DNA of 64,000 nt from Verrucomicrobiota bacterium (GTDB lineage: Bacteria > Verrucomicrobiota > Verrucomicrobiia > Limisphaerales > CANJXF01), in contig JBBQRQ010000009.1 in NCBI GenBank assembly GCA_038214755.1, positions 14,871 to 78,870 on the forward strand. The letters are read 5' to 3'. Below are positions 1 to 10,889 of this stretch, in pieces (the first letter of the stretch is position 1; each line of letters starts with the position of its first letter). The position numbers and the translations under genes are program-made. Below the pieces are notes generated by a model. The model was not told where the DNA came from and did no database searches. It worked only from the letters and a program-made list of their open reading frames with translations.

Positions 1-222
1 TTGTCTGTGGTCATTCCACGAGTTGACAGCCCAGCGATCACGCAAGGAAAGATGTCCTTTCAGATCCTCGGCTCACCGGGCAGCCAAGTGATTATTGAAG
101 CCTCCGAAGACCTCCAAACCTGGGCACAAATTTTGACAACGAATCTGAGCAGCGGAACAAATATCATCATTGATTCTACTGGGCTGAATTTTCCTCAGCG
201 GTTTTATCGTTTTCGATATTAA
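1..222 (+). CDS. 3' end of an exported protein (truncated by window edge); Verrucomicrobial C-terminal 'FYR' domain
   Basis: Translation ...FQILGSPGSQVIIEASEDLQTW...IIDSTGLNFPQRFYRFRY* resembles the C-terminal domain of other exported proteins in the window. Confidence 0.8.
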   Translation: MSVVIPRVDSPAITQGKMSFQILGSPGSQVIIEASEDLQTWAQILTTNLSSGTNIIIDSTGLNFPQRFYRFRY

Positions 223-302
223 CGACGGGCTAAAGTGTTTCCGATCGGATAATCGCCCTAATGGGTGAGCCCTTTATTTACGGCCTTCTTTCAACTGGCT
301 AT

Positions 303-1859
303 TTACTCCTGCACACCTACTCGATAGAAAAAGGGACCCACGCCCACTGCGTTGGTATCAATGTACGTGGTCGTGGTGCCTTGAGCGACAATGTTGCTTT
401 GAATAGTTTCAAAAGCCGGTGGCGTGGCAAGCTCGATGGCGCGTTGGAGAAGATAGATTCGACCACTGATACTTTTCCAACTGATGGTGGCGCGTGTCAG
501 AGTAGGATTGGGCGTGGCATTTGAAATTTTTAGAAACGAAAGTGCGTTCGTAGGGTTTGTGCCCGCTATCCATTCTTCCCAATTGTTCATGCCGTCTCCG
601 TCGCCATCCGCGTAATCTGCCGAGCCGTCAACCGGTAAACCATATTGCTCCGCCCAAAGGACCGAAAGAACGGAGACTGGCGATTGAAACTCATACGCGC
701 CCATGTCCACCGTGCGCCCGGCAATGCGCGGGTTGCCGTCCAGGTCGGGACCCATCGGCGCATACGAATTCCTTCCAGAATTGATGCAGGGAGAATTGGA
801 TTGCAGATGGAAATCTCCCGTCGCCGGGTTTACGAACATGGGATCATTGGTCAGATTGCCCGACCCAGAAGGTAACGGCATGGTGCAACTATATTTGATG
901 TTGGTCATCCCGGTTACATAGTTCGGTGAGTTCGATGCAGTGTTGAAAAAGATAATCGAGTTACTCACTCCCGTGGAAATGGGTTCATCAAAAAAACGAG
1001 GAGCACCCGCTACCCCACCGCCGCTCCCGGATGCTACGTTGCTGACCACCGTACAGTTATTCAAACTACCTCCATACGCGCCTCCGCCAATGAAGGCGGA
1101 ATTATTGATGACCAAACAATTATTCAATTGGCACGAGTAGGACCCGCCCCCATTAGGTTTTAGTGAAGGAAGAATGGGACCTCGCTCTAAAGCGGAATTG
1201 CCGCGCAATGTGCAATTGCTCAAAACGCAATATGCTGCCCCGCCACCAACGTTGGCTGAGTTGCCGTCAAGCACGCAGTTTTTAAGAGTGACCCGGTATG
1301 CTCCGCCACCTTGTTCATAAGCCGTATTGTTGATGACCATACAATTCGAAACCACGCCACCCGGCCCGAGAGGAACAAGCGGACTATAGACGCCCCCACC
1401 CGCAGCAGAAGCTTTATAGAAACCTTGCGTTGGCTTGGAGGTAGCTCCATTAGTCAGCGTGAATCCAATCAAACTGGCGTCGTTTGTGAGATACACGCAC
1501 CGGACGGCGTTGGTTCCGTAAATCGTGCCGGGTACCTGGTAACCTTCAATGATCGTTACGGCGGGGCCGTTCACACTTTGCACCGTTAACTTCTTGGTCA
1601 CGGCGACGCGATTGCTCGTGCTGTAGGAACCTTCAGGTACGACTCTCGCTCCACTGTTGTAAACGCCATTGGTGACTAAAATTTGATCGTCGGTATCGGC
1701 ACTATCGATGGCATCCTGGATGTTGGTTGCGGCACTGCTCCAGTCGGTGTAGGGTGCCGCCGGGCTGGTGCTGTTCAAGTCCACATAACGTACCGTGGCG
1801 GGAGCATTTTCCATTGCCAGTAACAAGCATGTTGCAATTAAATGAAACCGGATTTTCAT
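303..1859 (-). CDS. Exported right-handed beta-helix / choice-of-anchor Q-like protein with a TSP3-like Ca-binding repeat and C-terminal FYR domain
   Basis: Signal peptide MKIRFHLIATCLLLAMENAPA; repeated NCxxxxNxAxxGGG units; DPMFV..GDFHLQSNSPCINSG..DLDGNPRI..VDMGAYE; DGDGDGMNNWEEWIAGTNP; ends FFYRVGVQE. Confidence 0.85.
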   Translation of the reverse strand: MKIRFHLIATCLLLAMENAPATVRYVDLNSTSPAAPYTDWSSAATNIQDAIDSADTDDQILVTNGVYNSGARVVPEGSYSTSNRVAVTKKLTVQSVNGPAVTIIEGYQVPGTIYGTNAVRCVYLTNDASLIGFTLTNGATSKPTQGFYKASAAGGGVYSPLVPLGPGGVVSNCMVINNTAYEQGGGAYRVTLKNCVLDGNSANVGGGAAYCVLSNCTLRGNSALERGPILPSLKPNGGGSYSCQLNNCLVINNSAFIGGGAYGGSLNNCTVVSNVASGSGGGVAGAPRFFDEPISTGVSNSIIFFNTASNSPNYVTGMTNIKYSCTMPLPSGSGNLTNDPMFVNPATGDFHLQSNSPCINSGRNSYAPMGPDLDGNPRIAGRTVDMGAYEFQSPVSVLSVLWAEQYGLPVDGSADYADGDGDGMNNWEEWIAGTNPTNALSFLKISNATPNPTLTRATISWKSISGRIYLLQRAIELATPPAFETIQSNIVAQGTTTTYIDTNAVGVGPFFYRVGVQE

Positions 1860-2004
1860 TGTCCGCTCCTAAAGTAGTTGTTCTAAGAAGGAGTAGCTGC
1901 CTTCTCGGAATCTTTCTTACTTACCCTTCGGCCACTGCCAACTCTGCCACGACTCAACCAGCTTGTCCAGTTCTGCTATAAAATGTCTTTCTTACGTTAC
2001 GGTG

Positions 2005-4362
2005 TTACTGATTCAGTTTTGCACTCGATTCGTCTTTGATGAAACCGTGGTAGAGTCCCATATAATAGGGTAGAAGAAAGACTGCGCCATCACCCAATTC
2101 GCTACCATTGCCACCGGTGTCCAAGACAAAGGGATTGTGGTTCCAATGGTAAAAGTATCGTTCGTCCACCGGAATGACTTTGCCGTTGACGCGATAACCA
2201 ACCGGCCTGCGTCCCTTGGAGTAGGGATCGTCGGTTTGACGCATTAGAGGTATGATATCGAGTCGTTGTGTATTGGCGTGCCGCCAGTTGAACCGGTCGA
2301 GAGGGAATCGCTGCAAGGTATCGACCGAGTCTTCCAGCCATCCATCCCAAGGAGTAATGTCATGGGTGCCCCAAGGGTTGGTGTAGTTGCGGCCGACACC
2401 AAACGCCGCATAAGCAAAATTGAAAAACGGATTCATCTCTGGGAATTCCAGAATCCAATAAGAGAAGAACGAGTAGCCGGCTTCGTCCGTCAGCTTCTTG
2501 TCGTTGCCATACTTCATCAGGTTGTAAAAACCCATGAACGCCATCTCGTCGTCAGAATGGTTTACAGAGCCAACACCTCTCTGGATTTTCGGGACCTTGA
2601 GGTTGGTGTCGTAGGCATGTTTCTCCCTGAGCATGTTAATAAGCTGGCGGTATTTTGGATCGCCCGTGACGTGTTCGGAGGCGGCGAGATAGGAAAGAAG
2701 ACTCAACGATTTCAGCCCGCGTTCCTCAGCCCAGAGTGGGTCGTGATTAAGCGAAGCAGGGTTGTAAACTGCCCAGCGCGTCGGGGTGCCATCGTGATCG
2801 ACCAACGTGAAATCGTGACTGACGATGTGGTCCATCAGCCCGCTCATATGTTCGCGCACGCGCGACTTTTCCGCTTCGGTTTCGCAAACCAGATCGTAGT
2901 AGAGTGGGTAAAAGAAAAAGTGCCCATCAAGTTCGTCTGAACTGGTGTCGCTTTTCCAATACCATTTGCCGTCTTTGCTGGTCGGCCAACGCGGTTCGTA
3001 AATTTTCCATAGCGAATCCTGGTTTTTCTTTTCCTGCCGATCTTGTTCCACTCGGCCGGTATTTGGATCGTGTCCGCTCGTTGGCAGAATCGTTCGCGCC
3101 ACGTATCCCGGAGGCGGCGCATGTTGACCGCCCTGGGTTACTTCACCCAGCCAGCGCAACGCTTCAAACGCTTTTTGCGCCCGTTTTTTAGCCAACGGAT
3201 TTTTCGTCGCACCATAAGCGAAACATTCTCCCGCGCCATACATACTCGTCCACAACCCGTCGTTGTCGCTGTCGCCTTGGGTTACTTGATTGGTTGTTCC
3301 CGGTTTCCCCACGGCCACTTCCAAAATATATTCCCAAGGAGTGCGCCGATGAAACGCGTCAATTTGTTTTTCATAGATCGTCGCTTTTTCGGCAAGGGTC
3401 ATGGGCTTGCGTTCGATGACACTCAATCCCGCAGAAGTGGCGAACCACGCATCACCTTCCGGCGTCACGGCGATGCTGTTGACCACATCATTCGGCATCC
3501 ACCGGCGGCCTTGCCGATACTCCCAGTTGGTTCCGTCATAGCGGATCGCGCCCATTCGTGTGCCGAACCAAACCACGCCCTTCTCGGCAGCAGCCATTGT
3601 GGTGAAATCATTGTAGGGCAAACCTTCCGCGCCAGTGAATAGAGTCCAATGGTTGTCGAACCGACCTACCCCTTGCGGCGATGCGAACCACAAACGTCCT
3701 TCCGTGTCATAAGCCACGCCACGCACGTTCACAGGTGCCCAACTGCGACCGTTTTTGTCAGCGGGAAAGAGTCGCGTCCATTTTTCGTTTGCCTCCTGCT
3801 GGAAAAGTCCCGAAGCCGCGCCCACCACGATGCGCGAGCCAATCGCAATTTGGAAAACGGAACGATTCTCGCCCAACAAATTATTCAGAGCAACCATAGG
3901 CTGCATGCTGCCGCCTGCCTCGAGAAACAAGCCTTGTTCGGTGGCGAGGTAAGTTTTTTCGCCAGCATTGAGAGAGTTCACTTTCACTCCGTGCGGCAAG
4001 GGAGCAATAGCTTTCGGTTTCTCTCCATCGAGCGAGAACAGTTGTTCGTTGGCCGCGAAGAAAATTTTTCCACGACCACTCGCGACCGCTTCTATTTGCG
4101 CATCGGCGGTTCCTTTAACCAACTCCCAAACACCATCGCTGAACCTTGCCAGTCCCTTTGCTGTTCCAGCGAAAACCGTTTTTCCATCCTGTGCGGCGAC
4201 CGAAGTGATCGTGTCCGTCGGCAGACCATCGGCTGAAGTAAATTCCCGGCGCACCTCTTGTTTGAAAGTGCCGATGGTGATGGCGGGTGTTTCCGCTGAT
4301 GAGCTAACATGGGAGAGCGATCCGACCAGGAGTAAGAGAAGCACTAAATTATTATTTCGCAT
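2005..4362 (-). CDS. Exported protein: N-terminal two-component-regulator-type beta-propeller plus C-terminal (alpha/alpha)-barrel glycosidase-like domain
   Basis: Likely start ATG at 4362 (MRNNNLVLLLLLVG signal peptide); GLP...WF(G/A)T..G propeller repeats; acidic SDNDGLW and DTSSDELDGH motifs in the C-terminal half. Confidence 0.75.
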   Translation of the reverse strand: MRNNNLVLLLLLVGSLSHVSSSAETPAITIGTFKQEVRREFTSADGLPTDTITSVAAQDGKTVFAGTAKGLARFSDGVWELVKGTADAQIEAVASGRGKIFFAANEQLFSLDGEKPKAIAPLPHGVKVNSLNAGEKTYLATEQGLFLEAGGSMQPMVALNNLLGENRSVFQIAIGSRIVVGAASGLFQQEANEKWTRLFPADKNGRSWAPVNVRGVAYDTEGRLWFASPQGVGRFDNHWTLFTGAEGLPYNDFTTMAAAEKGVVWFGTRMGAIRYDGTNWEYRQGRRWMPNDVVNSIAVTPEGDAWFATSAGLSVIERKPMTLAEKATIYEKQIDAFHRRTPWEYILEVAVGKPGTTNQVTQGDSDNDGLWTSMYGAGECFAYGATKNPLAKKRAQKAFEALRWLGEVTQGGQHAPPPGYVARTILPTSGHDPNTGRVEQDRQEKKNQDSLWKIYEPRWPTSKDGKWYWKSDTSSDELDGHFFFYPLYYDLVCETEAEKSRVREHMSGLMDHIVSHDFTLVDHDGTPTRWAVYNPASLNHDPLWAEERGLKSLSLLSYLAASEHVTGDPKYRQLINMLREKHAYDTNLKVPKIQRGVGSVNHSDDEMAFMGFYNLMKYGNDKKLTDEAGYSFFSYWILEFPEMNPFFNFAYAAFGVGRNYTNPWGTHDITPWDGWLEDSVDTLQRFPLDRFNWRHANTQRLDIIPLMRQTDDPYSKGRRPVGYRVNGKVIPVDERYFYHWNHNPFVLDTGGNGSELGDGAVFLLPYYMGLYHGFIKDESSAKLNQ

Positions 4363-4485
4363 AGTGATGGAGCAATGTGGGATCAAGTGTTAGCAGCATT
4401 ACGGTTCAGGCGAGGCGATTCAATCCGAAATAAACGGTGAAGAATTTAAGAGTCGGTTTGAAAACCCGGTGGGTAGCCTGCGGGC

Positions 4486-4537
4486 GTAGCGGCGGGCCTC
4501 CTGCCTGCCATAGAGCCGGGGCTTCCAGCCCGGCGGA
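4486..4537. repeat. REP-like palindromes (GTAG-GCGGCGGGCCTCCTGCCTGCC / TAGAGCCGGGGCTTCCAGCCCGGC)
   Basis: Two adjacent imperfect hairpins each preceded by GTAG/ATAG, intergenic; similar to the GGCTTCCAGCC-core palindrome inside uvrA at 46684-46771. Confidence 0.6.
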
Positions 4538-4587
4538 AAAGACGTTCGCTTCCCGCCGGTCGTTGATTTCCCTGTTTGACTTCGGGT

Positions 4588-4831
4588 GTTCCACTCGACA
4601 CCGATTACCTGGCGGATCGAAAATTCACACCGCAAAGAGCTCACCAAACGTCCGCCGAATTTTTATCGAAAGGAGTTGGTGGAACTGCTTCCTCCGGGCG
4701 AACGGCAATTTGTCCGCATCAATACTCAACCGTTCATCCTCGATGGTGGCGATGGAGGGATGACTGAATTGCCGGGCGATGAATACCTCTTTGGCTACTG
4801 GCTCGGGCGGTATTTAGGTGAGATAAAATGA
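4588..4831 (+). pseudogene. 3' remnant of a paralogue of the 2005..4362 gene, with a +1 frameshift near 4603
   Basis: VPLDT / (extra G) / ITWRIENSHR...LLPPGERQFVRINTQPFILDGGDGG..E..G..YLFGYWLGRYLGEIK aligns by eye with FPLDRFNWRHANTQR...VIPVDERYFYHWNHNPFVLDTGGNGSELGDGAVFLLPYYMGLYHGFIK; the 5' part of the gene is absent. Confidence 0.75.
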
Positions 4832-5033
4832 GTATTCGGCTGAAGCGCTACGTCTTGTTTCTGGCGCTGGGTGATAAAATCATGGTGCCATAGACTCTCA
4901 AAAATGGGCTAGGGCGGCTTCATTGGACAAAAACGGGATGTCTAAAAAACTTGCAAAAACCTAAAAGGCACCTACAGACTATGGTGCCAAAAAAACAACT
5001 GACCGGGCGAAAATTTGCACCAACTCAAAACCG

Positions 5034-7982
5034 ATGAACTTGCACCCAAAAACCTTGTCTCGATTTGTTCCCACATTAATCCTTTTGGTGCTAACTCTAG
5101 CGTGGGTTTCCCGATCCCATGGGCAAACGTGGGCTACGAATAGTCCTTTGAAGGCAGCTCGCTGGAGTCACACGGCCGCCTTGCTTACCAACGGTTCCGT
5201 CCTCATCGCGGGAGGCACCATCTACAACGTAAGCGGCAACTTCGCCGACACCAATGGCTGCGAACTTTATAATCCCGCAGCGGGCACATCCACGTTGACC
5301 GGTTCCATGCAAGTTCACCGGCACTCGCACACGGCCACGCGGTTGACCAACGGGCAAGTCCTTGTAGCAGGCGGCGGCGGCAATGCGACTTCGGAATTAT
5401 ATGCTCCATCCAGCGGCACTTGGATCAACCTTGCTAACATGAGCGATGAACGTCTGGCGCACACTGCAACGCTACTACCCAGTGGCAAGGTGTTGGCGGC
5501 GGGGGGATACAACGATAGTAACGGCCAGGAGTTGTCGAGTGCGGAGTTATATGATCCAGTTAGCGGAACTTGGACGAGCACAGGCCAAATGCCTTACGCC
5601 GCAGACAGTGAAGCCGCTGCGCTACTTACTAATGGAATGGTTCTGGTATGCGGCGGATCTCAAGATGGTAACGCGGTGACAAATTCCGCCCTTTACAACC
5701 CCGTGAGCCAGACGTGGACGAACACCGCCCCAATGAAACAGGCGCGTAGCGGACACACGGCAACCGCGCTGACCAACGGGATGGTCCTTGTTGTGGGCGG
5801 CGGCGATGTTACTGCGGAGATTTATGATCCCGTCGCCGGAACGTGGACTTATGTGGCGTCTATGAACGATGGTCGCGTCTATCCTCAAGCCCTCTTGCTG
5901 AACAACGGCCAAGTGATGGTTCTCGGAGACGCCAATCCCCATGTGGAGTTGTATGATCCAGCCAGCGATACTTGGACTTATACCGATTCATTGCCGGTTC
6001 CCGGTCACTTCCAGACTGCCACGCTGCTCTCCGGCGGACAGGTGGTTGTCACGGGCGGCAGTGTAAGCGACTACAACGGGCCGCCGCTGGCGGTCGTGGA
6101 AACGTATGGTGCCACGTTGACCACTCCCAGTTTAACGGTCACAGCAACTCCGTTGACTGGCCCGCGACTACTTTCAGTTCAATTCACTAGTCCAAGCGTA
6201 GATAGTGGCGGCAATACTGTGACTAACTGGAATTGGAATTTTGGTGATGGTGGAACCAGCACGGCGCAAAGTCCCTCACATACCTACACCAATGTTGGTT
6301 CTTACTCGCCCAGCCTCACGGCTTATAGCACTTACGGCGCATCGCCCCTTTCCATTACAGGCCCCGGCGTGATCACCATTACTAACCACACTCTTAATGT
6401 CACCTTTAGTCCTCAAGGCGGCCCGGCACCACTGTCCGTTCAGTTCACCAGTCCCGGCGTGGACAGCGGCGGGAATAGCGTGACTAACTGGAACTGGGAT
6501 TTCGGCGATGGCGGGACCAGCACAGCGCAGAATCCCTCGCATAGTTATACTACTGTTGGTTCTTTTTCGCCTAGCCTCACGGCCCGCAGCACTTATGGCG
6601 GATCACCTCTTTCTATCACGGGCCTTGGTATAGTTACTGTCACGAACACTCCCAACCCTAACTTCAGAACTCTGTATAGTTTCACTCCAACCTTTGGTTC
6701 TGATCCAACTGCCGGATTGGTTTTATCGGGTAACACCCTGTATGGAACGACCTACGGTGGGGGCAGCGGGAACTATGGCACGGTGTTCTGCCTCAACACC
6801 GATGGCTCGGGATTCACGAATCTGAATAGTTTTAACCTCAGCAATGGAGCCAGACCAAACGGATTGATTTTATCGGGCACTACCCTTTATGGAACGACAG
6901 CGATAGGCGGCACTCGGGGCGGTGGCACGGTGTTCGCAATCAAAACCAATGGCCTGAGCTTTACGAATGTGCTTAATCTCAATGACGCGCTTGATCCCAA
7001 CAGCGGCGATGAACCAATGGCTGCAGTGGTTTTAGCGGGTAACACCCTGTATGGGACAACGTGGTTTGGAGGCTTTTATAATAAAGGCACGGTGTTTACT
7101 GTCACCACGAATGGCACCAATAGCACTATTTTGCATAGCTTCATCACTCCTAACGGCAACAATGCAAACGCCGACGGAATTCTTCCTTCAGCCAGATTGA
7201 TTATATCGGGTAGCACCCTGTACGGAACGGCGTTGAATGGTGGCAGTTTGGGACGTGGCACAGTGTTCGCCGTCGAAACCAATGCCCCCGGCAGTTTTAG
7301 GGTTCTGCATAATTTCACGCTCCCGGATCAAAGTAACGGAACGAACAGCGATGGATCTAATCCGTGGGCGGGATTGGTTTTATCCGGCAACATCCTGTAT
7401 GGGACAACCTTCGCTGGCGGCAGTTCCGGCTATGGCACGGTGTTCGCGGTCAACACCAATGGTTCGGGTTTTACGAACCTGTATAGTTTCACCGGCGGCA
7501 ATGGTGCTTATGGTCCACATGCCGGATTGGCTCTATCAGGCAATACCCTGTATGGAACCACCTCGGGTGGCGGCTTGTTAGGCACTCTTAGCAATGGAAC
7601 TTTGTTTGCCCTCAACACCGATGGCTCGGGTTATAGGAATCTGTATAGCTTCACTGGCGGCAGCGATGGATCGGGGCCGGTGGGAGATTTGATTGTATCA
7701 GGCAATATCCTGTATGGAACGGCTGCTCACGGCGGTTCAGGCGATGGCACCGTTTTCAGCTTCACGCTGTCAGGGCCTCGACTGACCATCACCCCTGCCG
7801 GAACGAATGTAATCTTAACGTGGTCAACCAGCGCTTCCGGTTACGCGTTGCAATCAAACATTCAACTCGGCGCTGGGGCGGTCTGGAGCTCCGTTTCTCC
7901 CTTGCCGGTCGTGGTCAACGGGCTGAACACCGTTACCAATCCCATCTCCGGCTCACAAAAGTTTTATCGGTTAAGTCAGTAA
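5034..7982 (+). CDS. Exported Kelch-repeat + 2x PKD + GloVer (Gloeobacter/Verrucomicrobia) repeat protein with C-terminal FYR domain
   Basis: Signal peptide; R..HTAT.L.NG.VL..GG Kelch repeats; two WNW(N/D)FGDGGTSTAQ.PSH.Y PKD motifs; LVLSGNTLYGTT..GG....GTVF repeats; ends QKFYRLSQ. Confidence 0.9.
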   Translation: MNLHPKTLSRFVPTLILLVLTLAWVSRSHGQTWATNSPLKAARWSHTAALLTNGSVLIAGGTIYNVSGNFADTNGCELYNPAAGTSTLTGSMQVHRHSHTATRLTNGQVLVAGGGGNATSELYAPSSGTWINLANMSDERLAHTATLLPSGKVLAAGGYNDSNGQELSSAELYDPVSGTWTSTGQMPYAADSEAAALLTNGMVLVCGGSQDGNAVTNSALYNPVSQTWTNTAPMKQARSGHTATALTNGMVLVVGGGDVTAEIYDPVAGTWTYVASMNDGRVYPQALLLNNGQVMVLGDANPHVELYDPASDTWTYTDSLPVPGHFQTATLLSGGQVVVTGGSVSDYNGPPLAVVETYGATLTTPSLTVTATPLTGPRLLSVQFTSPSVDSGGNTVTNWNWNFGDGGTSTAQSPSHTYTNVGSYSPSLTAYSTYGASPLSITGPGVITITNHTLNVTFSPQGGPAPLSVQFTSPGVDSGGNSVTNWNWDFGDGGTSTAQNPSHSYTTVGSFSPSLTARSTYGGSPLSITGLGIVTVTNTPNPNFRTLYSFTPTFGSDPTAGLVLSGNTLYGTTYGGGSGNYGTVFCLNTDGSGFTNLNSFNLSNGARPNGLILSGTTLYGTTAIGGTRGGGTVFAIKTNGLSFTNVLNLNDALDPNSGDEPMAAVVLAGNTLYGTTWFGGFYNKGTVFTVTTNGTNSTILHSFITPNGNNANADGILPSARLIISGSTLYGTALNGGSLGRGTVFAVETNAPGSFRVLHNFTLPDQSNGTNSDGSNPWAGLVLSGNILYGTTFAGGSSGYGTVFAVNTNGSGFTNLYSFTGGNGAYGPHAGLALSGNTLYGTTSGGGLLGTLSNGTLFALNTDGSGYRNLYSFTGGSDGSGPVGDLIVSGNILYGTAAHGGSGDGTVFSFTLSGPRLTITPAGTNVILTWSTSASGYALQSNIQLGAGAVWSSVSPLPVVVNGLNTVTNPISGSQKFYRLSQ

Positions 7983-8152
7983 CAATAAGTTCGCCGCGCA
8001 GGAGTTCGGAGCGGGGGGGTGTCGAACTGCAGCCGAGGTTGCTGGGTTGCGCGACGATCCAATCGCATCGTTGCGGTTTCAAAAAGAATTTATCTCCTAT
8101 TGCATCGGGCGGATAAGGAAATAAACTCTTGTCTAATTTTTTGACTGTCCTT

Positions 8153-10843
8153 ATGAAAGTATCGCGAAATAAAATCATTCTTGGCGCGTTGCTGTGCTTG
8201 ACCGGACTGTTGGCCGCATCGGCCCAAACACTCACGCCACAAGTCTTGCTTAATTTTCCACGAGGCCCGGTAAATCCCCAGGCCCCTCTAGTGCAGGGGC
8301 CGGATGGTAGTTTCTACGGCACGACTTACAGCGGGGGCAGCGGCAACTTTGGGACGGTATTTAAGATGACAACCAACGGCCTGCTGACCACCTTGGTCAA
8401 TTTTACTTCCACTACCGGAAAGTATCCCAGGGCGGGACTGGTGCTGGGTGCGGATGGCAATTTTTATGGCACGACAACCGGCGATGGTGGAGCGGGTCCT
8501 GTCCGCTATGGGACGGTGTTCAAGGTGACGACCAATGGCGCGCTGACCAATCTGGTCATCTTCAACTCTGCCAACGGGGCTAGACCGAATGCGAGTCTGA
8601 CATTGGGCAACGATGGCTTCTTCTATGGCACGACTTCGTATGGCGGCTTTTATGATGCCGGGACGGTGTTCAAGATGACGACGAACGGGGCTTTGACTCA
8701 ACTGTTCAACTTCGACACTGTCTCTACCGGGTCGAATCCGGGGACTGCGCTGGCGCAAGGCAATGATGGTAATTTCTACGGAACGACTTCCCTTGGGATC
8801 GGCAACAACTACGGGACAGTATTCAGGATGACAACCAACGGCGCATTGACCACGCTGGTCAACTTCGCCCAGACGAATGGATCGGGTCCGGCGGTGAGTC
8901 TGATGTTGGGCAGCGACGGGAACTTTTACGGCGGGACTCTTGGCGGCGGCAGCAACGGCAATGGAACGGTGTTCAAGATGACGACCAACGGCGCGTTGAC
9001 CCCTCTGTTCGGTTTCGCCTTCGCTGATGGATTTCCGCAGGGGAAGTTAACGCAAGGCAGCGACGGTAATCTCTACGGCACGACTTACAGCGGTGGCAGC
9101 GGCGGCTATGGGACCGTGTTTCAGATTACGACCAACGGCGCGTTGACCAAGCTGGTCAACTTCAACTACGCCAATGGAGCCAATCCGCAGGCGGGTCTGA
9201 CACAAGGCAGCGATGGTAGTTTCTACGGCACGACGGCCGCTGGCGGTAGTAGCGGGAATGGGACGGTGTTCAAGCTCACGACTAATGGCACGCTGACTAC
9301 CTTGATTCATTTTGCCTTCGTCAGCGGAGCATATCCCAATGCCGGTCTGGCACTGGGTGGCGACGGCAATTTCTACGGCACAACCGTCTATGGGGGCAGC
9401 GCCGGGAATGGGACGGTATTCAAGATAACGACTAATGGCGCATTGACGACGCTCGTTAACTTCACTAATGGGATATATCCGTACGCAACGCTTGCGCTGG
9501 CCAGTGATGGCACTCTCTACGGCACGACCGTCCAGGGCGGCAGCGGAAATAGAGGGATCGTGTTTAAGATAACTACTAACGGCCCATTGACATCGGTGGC
9601 TAACTTCACGTCTGCGAGCGGGTCAGTTACCTATGACAGGCTCACGCCAGATGGCAATGGCAGTTTCTACGGCACCGCTGCCCAACAGGGCACTGGCGGT
9701 GGAGGGACGGTATTCAAAGTAGGGACTAATGGCGCATTCACCGCGCTGGTCAGCTTCAATGGCTCTTCTACCAACGGCTATTTTCCCCGCGGGAGCCTGA
9801 CGCCAGGCGGCGACGGTTACTATTACGGCACGACAGTCTATGGCGGCAGCGGTGGGAGTGGCACGGTGTTCAAGATGACGACCAACGGCACGTTGACCAC
9901 ACTGGTTAATTTTACCAACAGCAACGGGAGGTATCCCTATGCGGGTGTGGCACAGGGTGCCGACGGCCTTTTCTATGGCACGACTTCCAGCGGCGGCAGC
10001 GCCTTCAATGGAAGTCTGTTCAAGGTGACGACTAATGGCACGTTGACGACGCTAATTAATTTTAACGCTACCAACGGGGCGAATCCGCAAGCCGGTCTGA
10101 CACTGGGCAGCGATGGCAATTTCTACGGCACTACTTATAGTGGAGGCAGCAGCCTCTATTATGGGACTGTGTTCAAGGTAACGACCAACGGCACGTTGAC
10201 TACATTGGTCAGCTTCAACGGCACCAATGGCGCGAACCCGACTGCGGCTCTGGCCCTCGGCAGCGAGGGTAGTTTCTATGGTACCACTTACTCCGGCGGC
10301 AGCGATAATTTCGGGGTAATTTTCCGCGTGGATTTGCCGCCAACGATTATTTCGCAACCGGCCAGCCGAACCAATAGCGTGGGCACTACCGCCACCTTTT
10401 TTGTCACTGCCAGTGGGACGCAACCGTTTAGTTATCAGTGGCGTAAGAATGGGACTAATATTCTGGACAGTGGCAACGTCTCCGGTGCGAACGCCAACAC
10501 GATTACGCTGGCGAATGTTCAAGCGAATGACGCGGGGAATTTCACGGTCGTCGTTACGAACAGTTGGGGCAGCGTGACCAGTTCCGTGGCAGCGCTGACC
10601 ATTCAATTGGGTGGCACCATTTCGGTGGTGTCGCTGCAAGTGGGAGTTCCCGGCCGGCCGACGAACGCGCTCACCTTCGCGGGCATTCCGACCGCCCAAT
10701 ACCTCGTGCAATTCGCCACGAACCTGACCAGCAGTCCCTGGTTCATCCTGTCAACGAACACCGCGAGCGGGGACGGAACATGGACGGTAATTGATCCCAC
10801 CGCCACCAATGACGAAAGATACTATCGCGTCGCTACGCCGTAA
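8153..10843 (+). CDS. Exported GloVer tandem-repeat (beta-propeller) protein with Ig domain and C-terminal FYR domain
   Basis: ATG at 8153 gives signal peptide MKVSRNKIILGALLCLTGLLAASA; many L..G.DG.FYGTT..GG....GTVFK.TTNG repeats; Ig domain PTIISQP...YQWRKNG; ends ERYYRVATP. Confidence 0.9.
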   Translation: MKVSRNKIILGALLCLTGLLAASAQTLTPQVLLNFPRGPVNPQAPLVQGPDGSFYGTTYSGGSGNFGTVFKMTTNGLLTTLVNFTSTTGKYPRAGLVLGADGNFYGTTTGDGGAGPVRYGTVFKVTTNGALTNLVIFNSANGARPNASLTLGNDGFFYGTTSYGGFYDAGTVFKMTTNGALTQLFNFDTVSTGSNPGTALAQGNDGNFYGTTSLGIGNNYGTVFRMTTNGALTTLVNFAQTNGSGPAVSLMLGSDGNFYGGTLGGGSNGNGTVFKMTTNGALTPLFGFAFADGFPQGKLTQGSDGNLYGTTYSGGSGGYGTVFQITTNGALTKLVNFNYANGANPQAGLTQGSDGSFYGTTAAGGSSGNGTVFKLTTNGTLTTLIHFAFVSGAYPNAGLALGGDGNFYGTTVYGGSAGNGTVFKITTNGALTTLVNFTNGIYPYATLALASDGTLYGTTVQGGSGNRGIVFKITTNGPLTSVANFTSASGSVTYDRLTPDGNGSFYGTAAQQGTGGGGTVFKVGTNGAFTALVSFNGSSTNGYFPRGSLTPGGDGYYYGTTVYGGSGGSGTVFKMTTNGTLTTLVNFTNSNGRYPYAGVAQGADGLFYGTTSSGGSAFNGSLFKVTTNGTLTTLINFNATNGANPQAGLTLGSDGNFYGTTYSGGSSLYYGTVFKVTTNGTLTTLVSFNGTNGANPTAALALGSEGSFYGTTYSGGSDNFGVIFRVDLPPTIISQPASRTNSVGTTATFFVTASGTQPFSYQWRKNGTNILDSGNVSGANANTITLANVQANDAGNFTVVVTNSWGSVTSSVAALTIQLGGTISVVSLQVGVPGRPTNALTFAGIPTAQYLVQFATNLTSSPWFILSTNTASGDGTWTVIDPTATNDERYYRVATP

Positions 10844-10889
10844 TTCCAAGCACGCACGACCACGAACGCGTTCTGCGCAAATAAATCCT

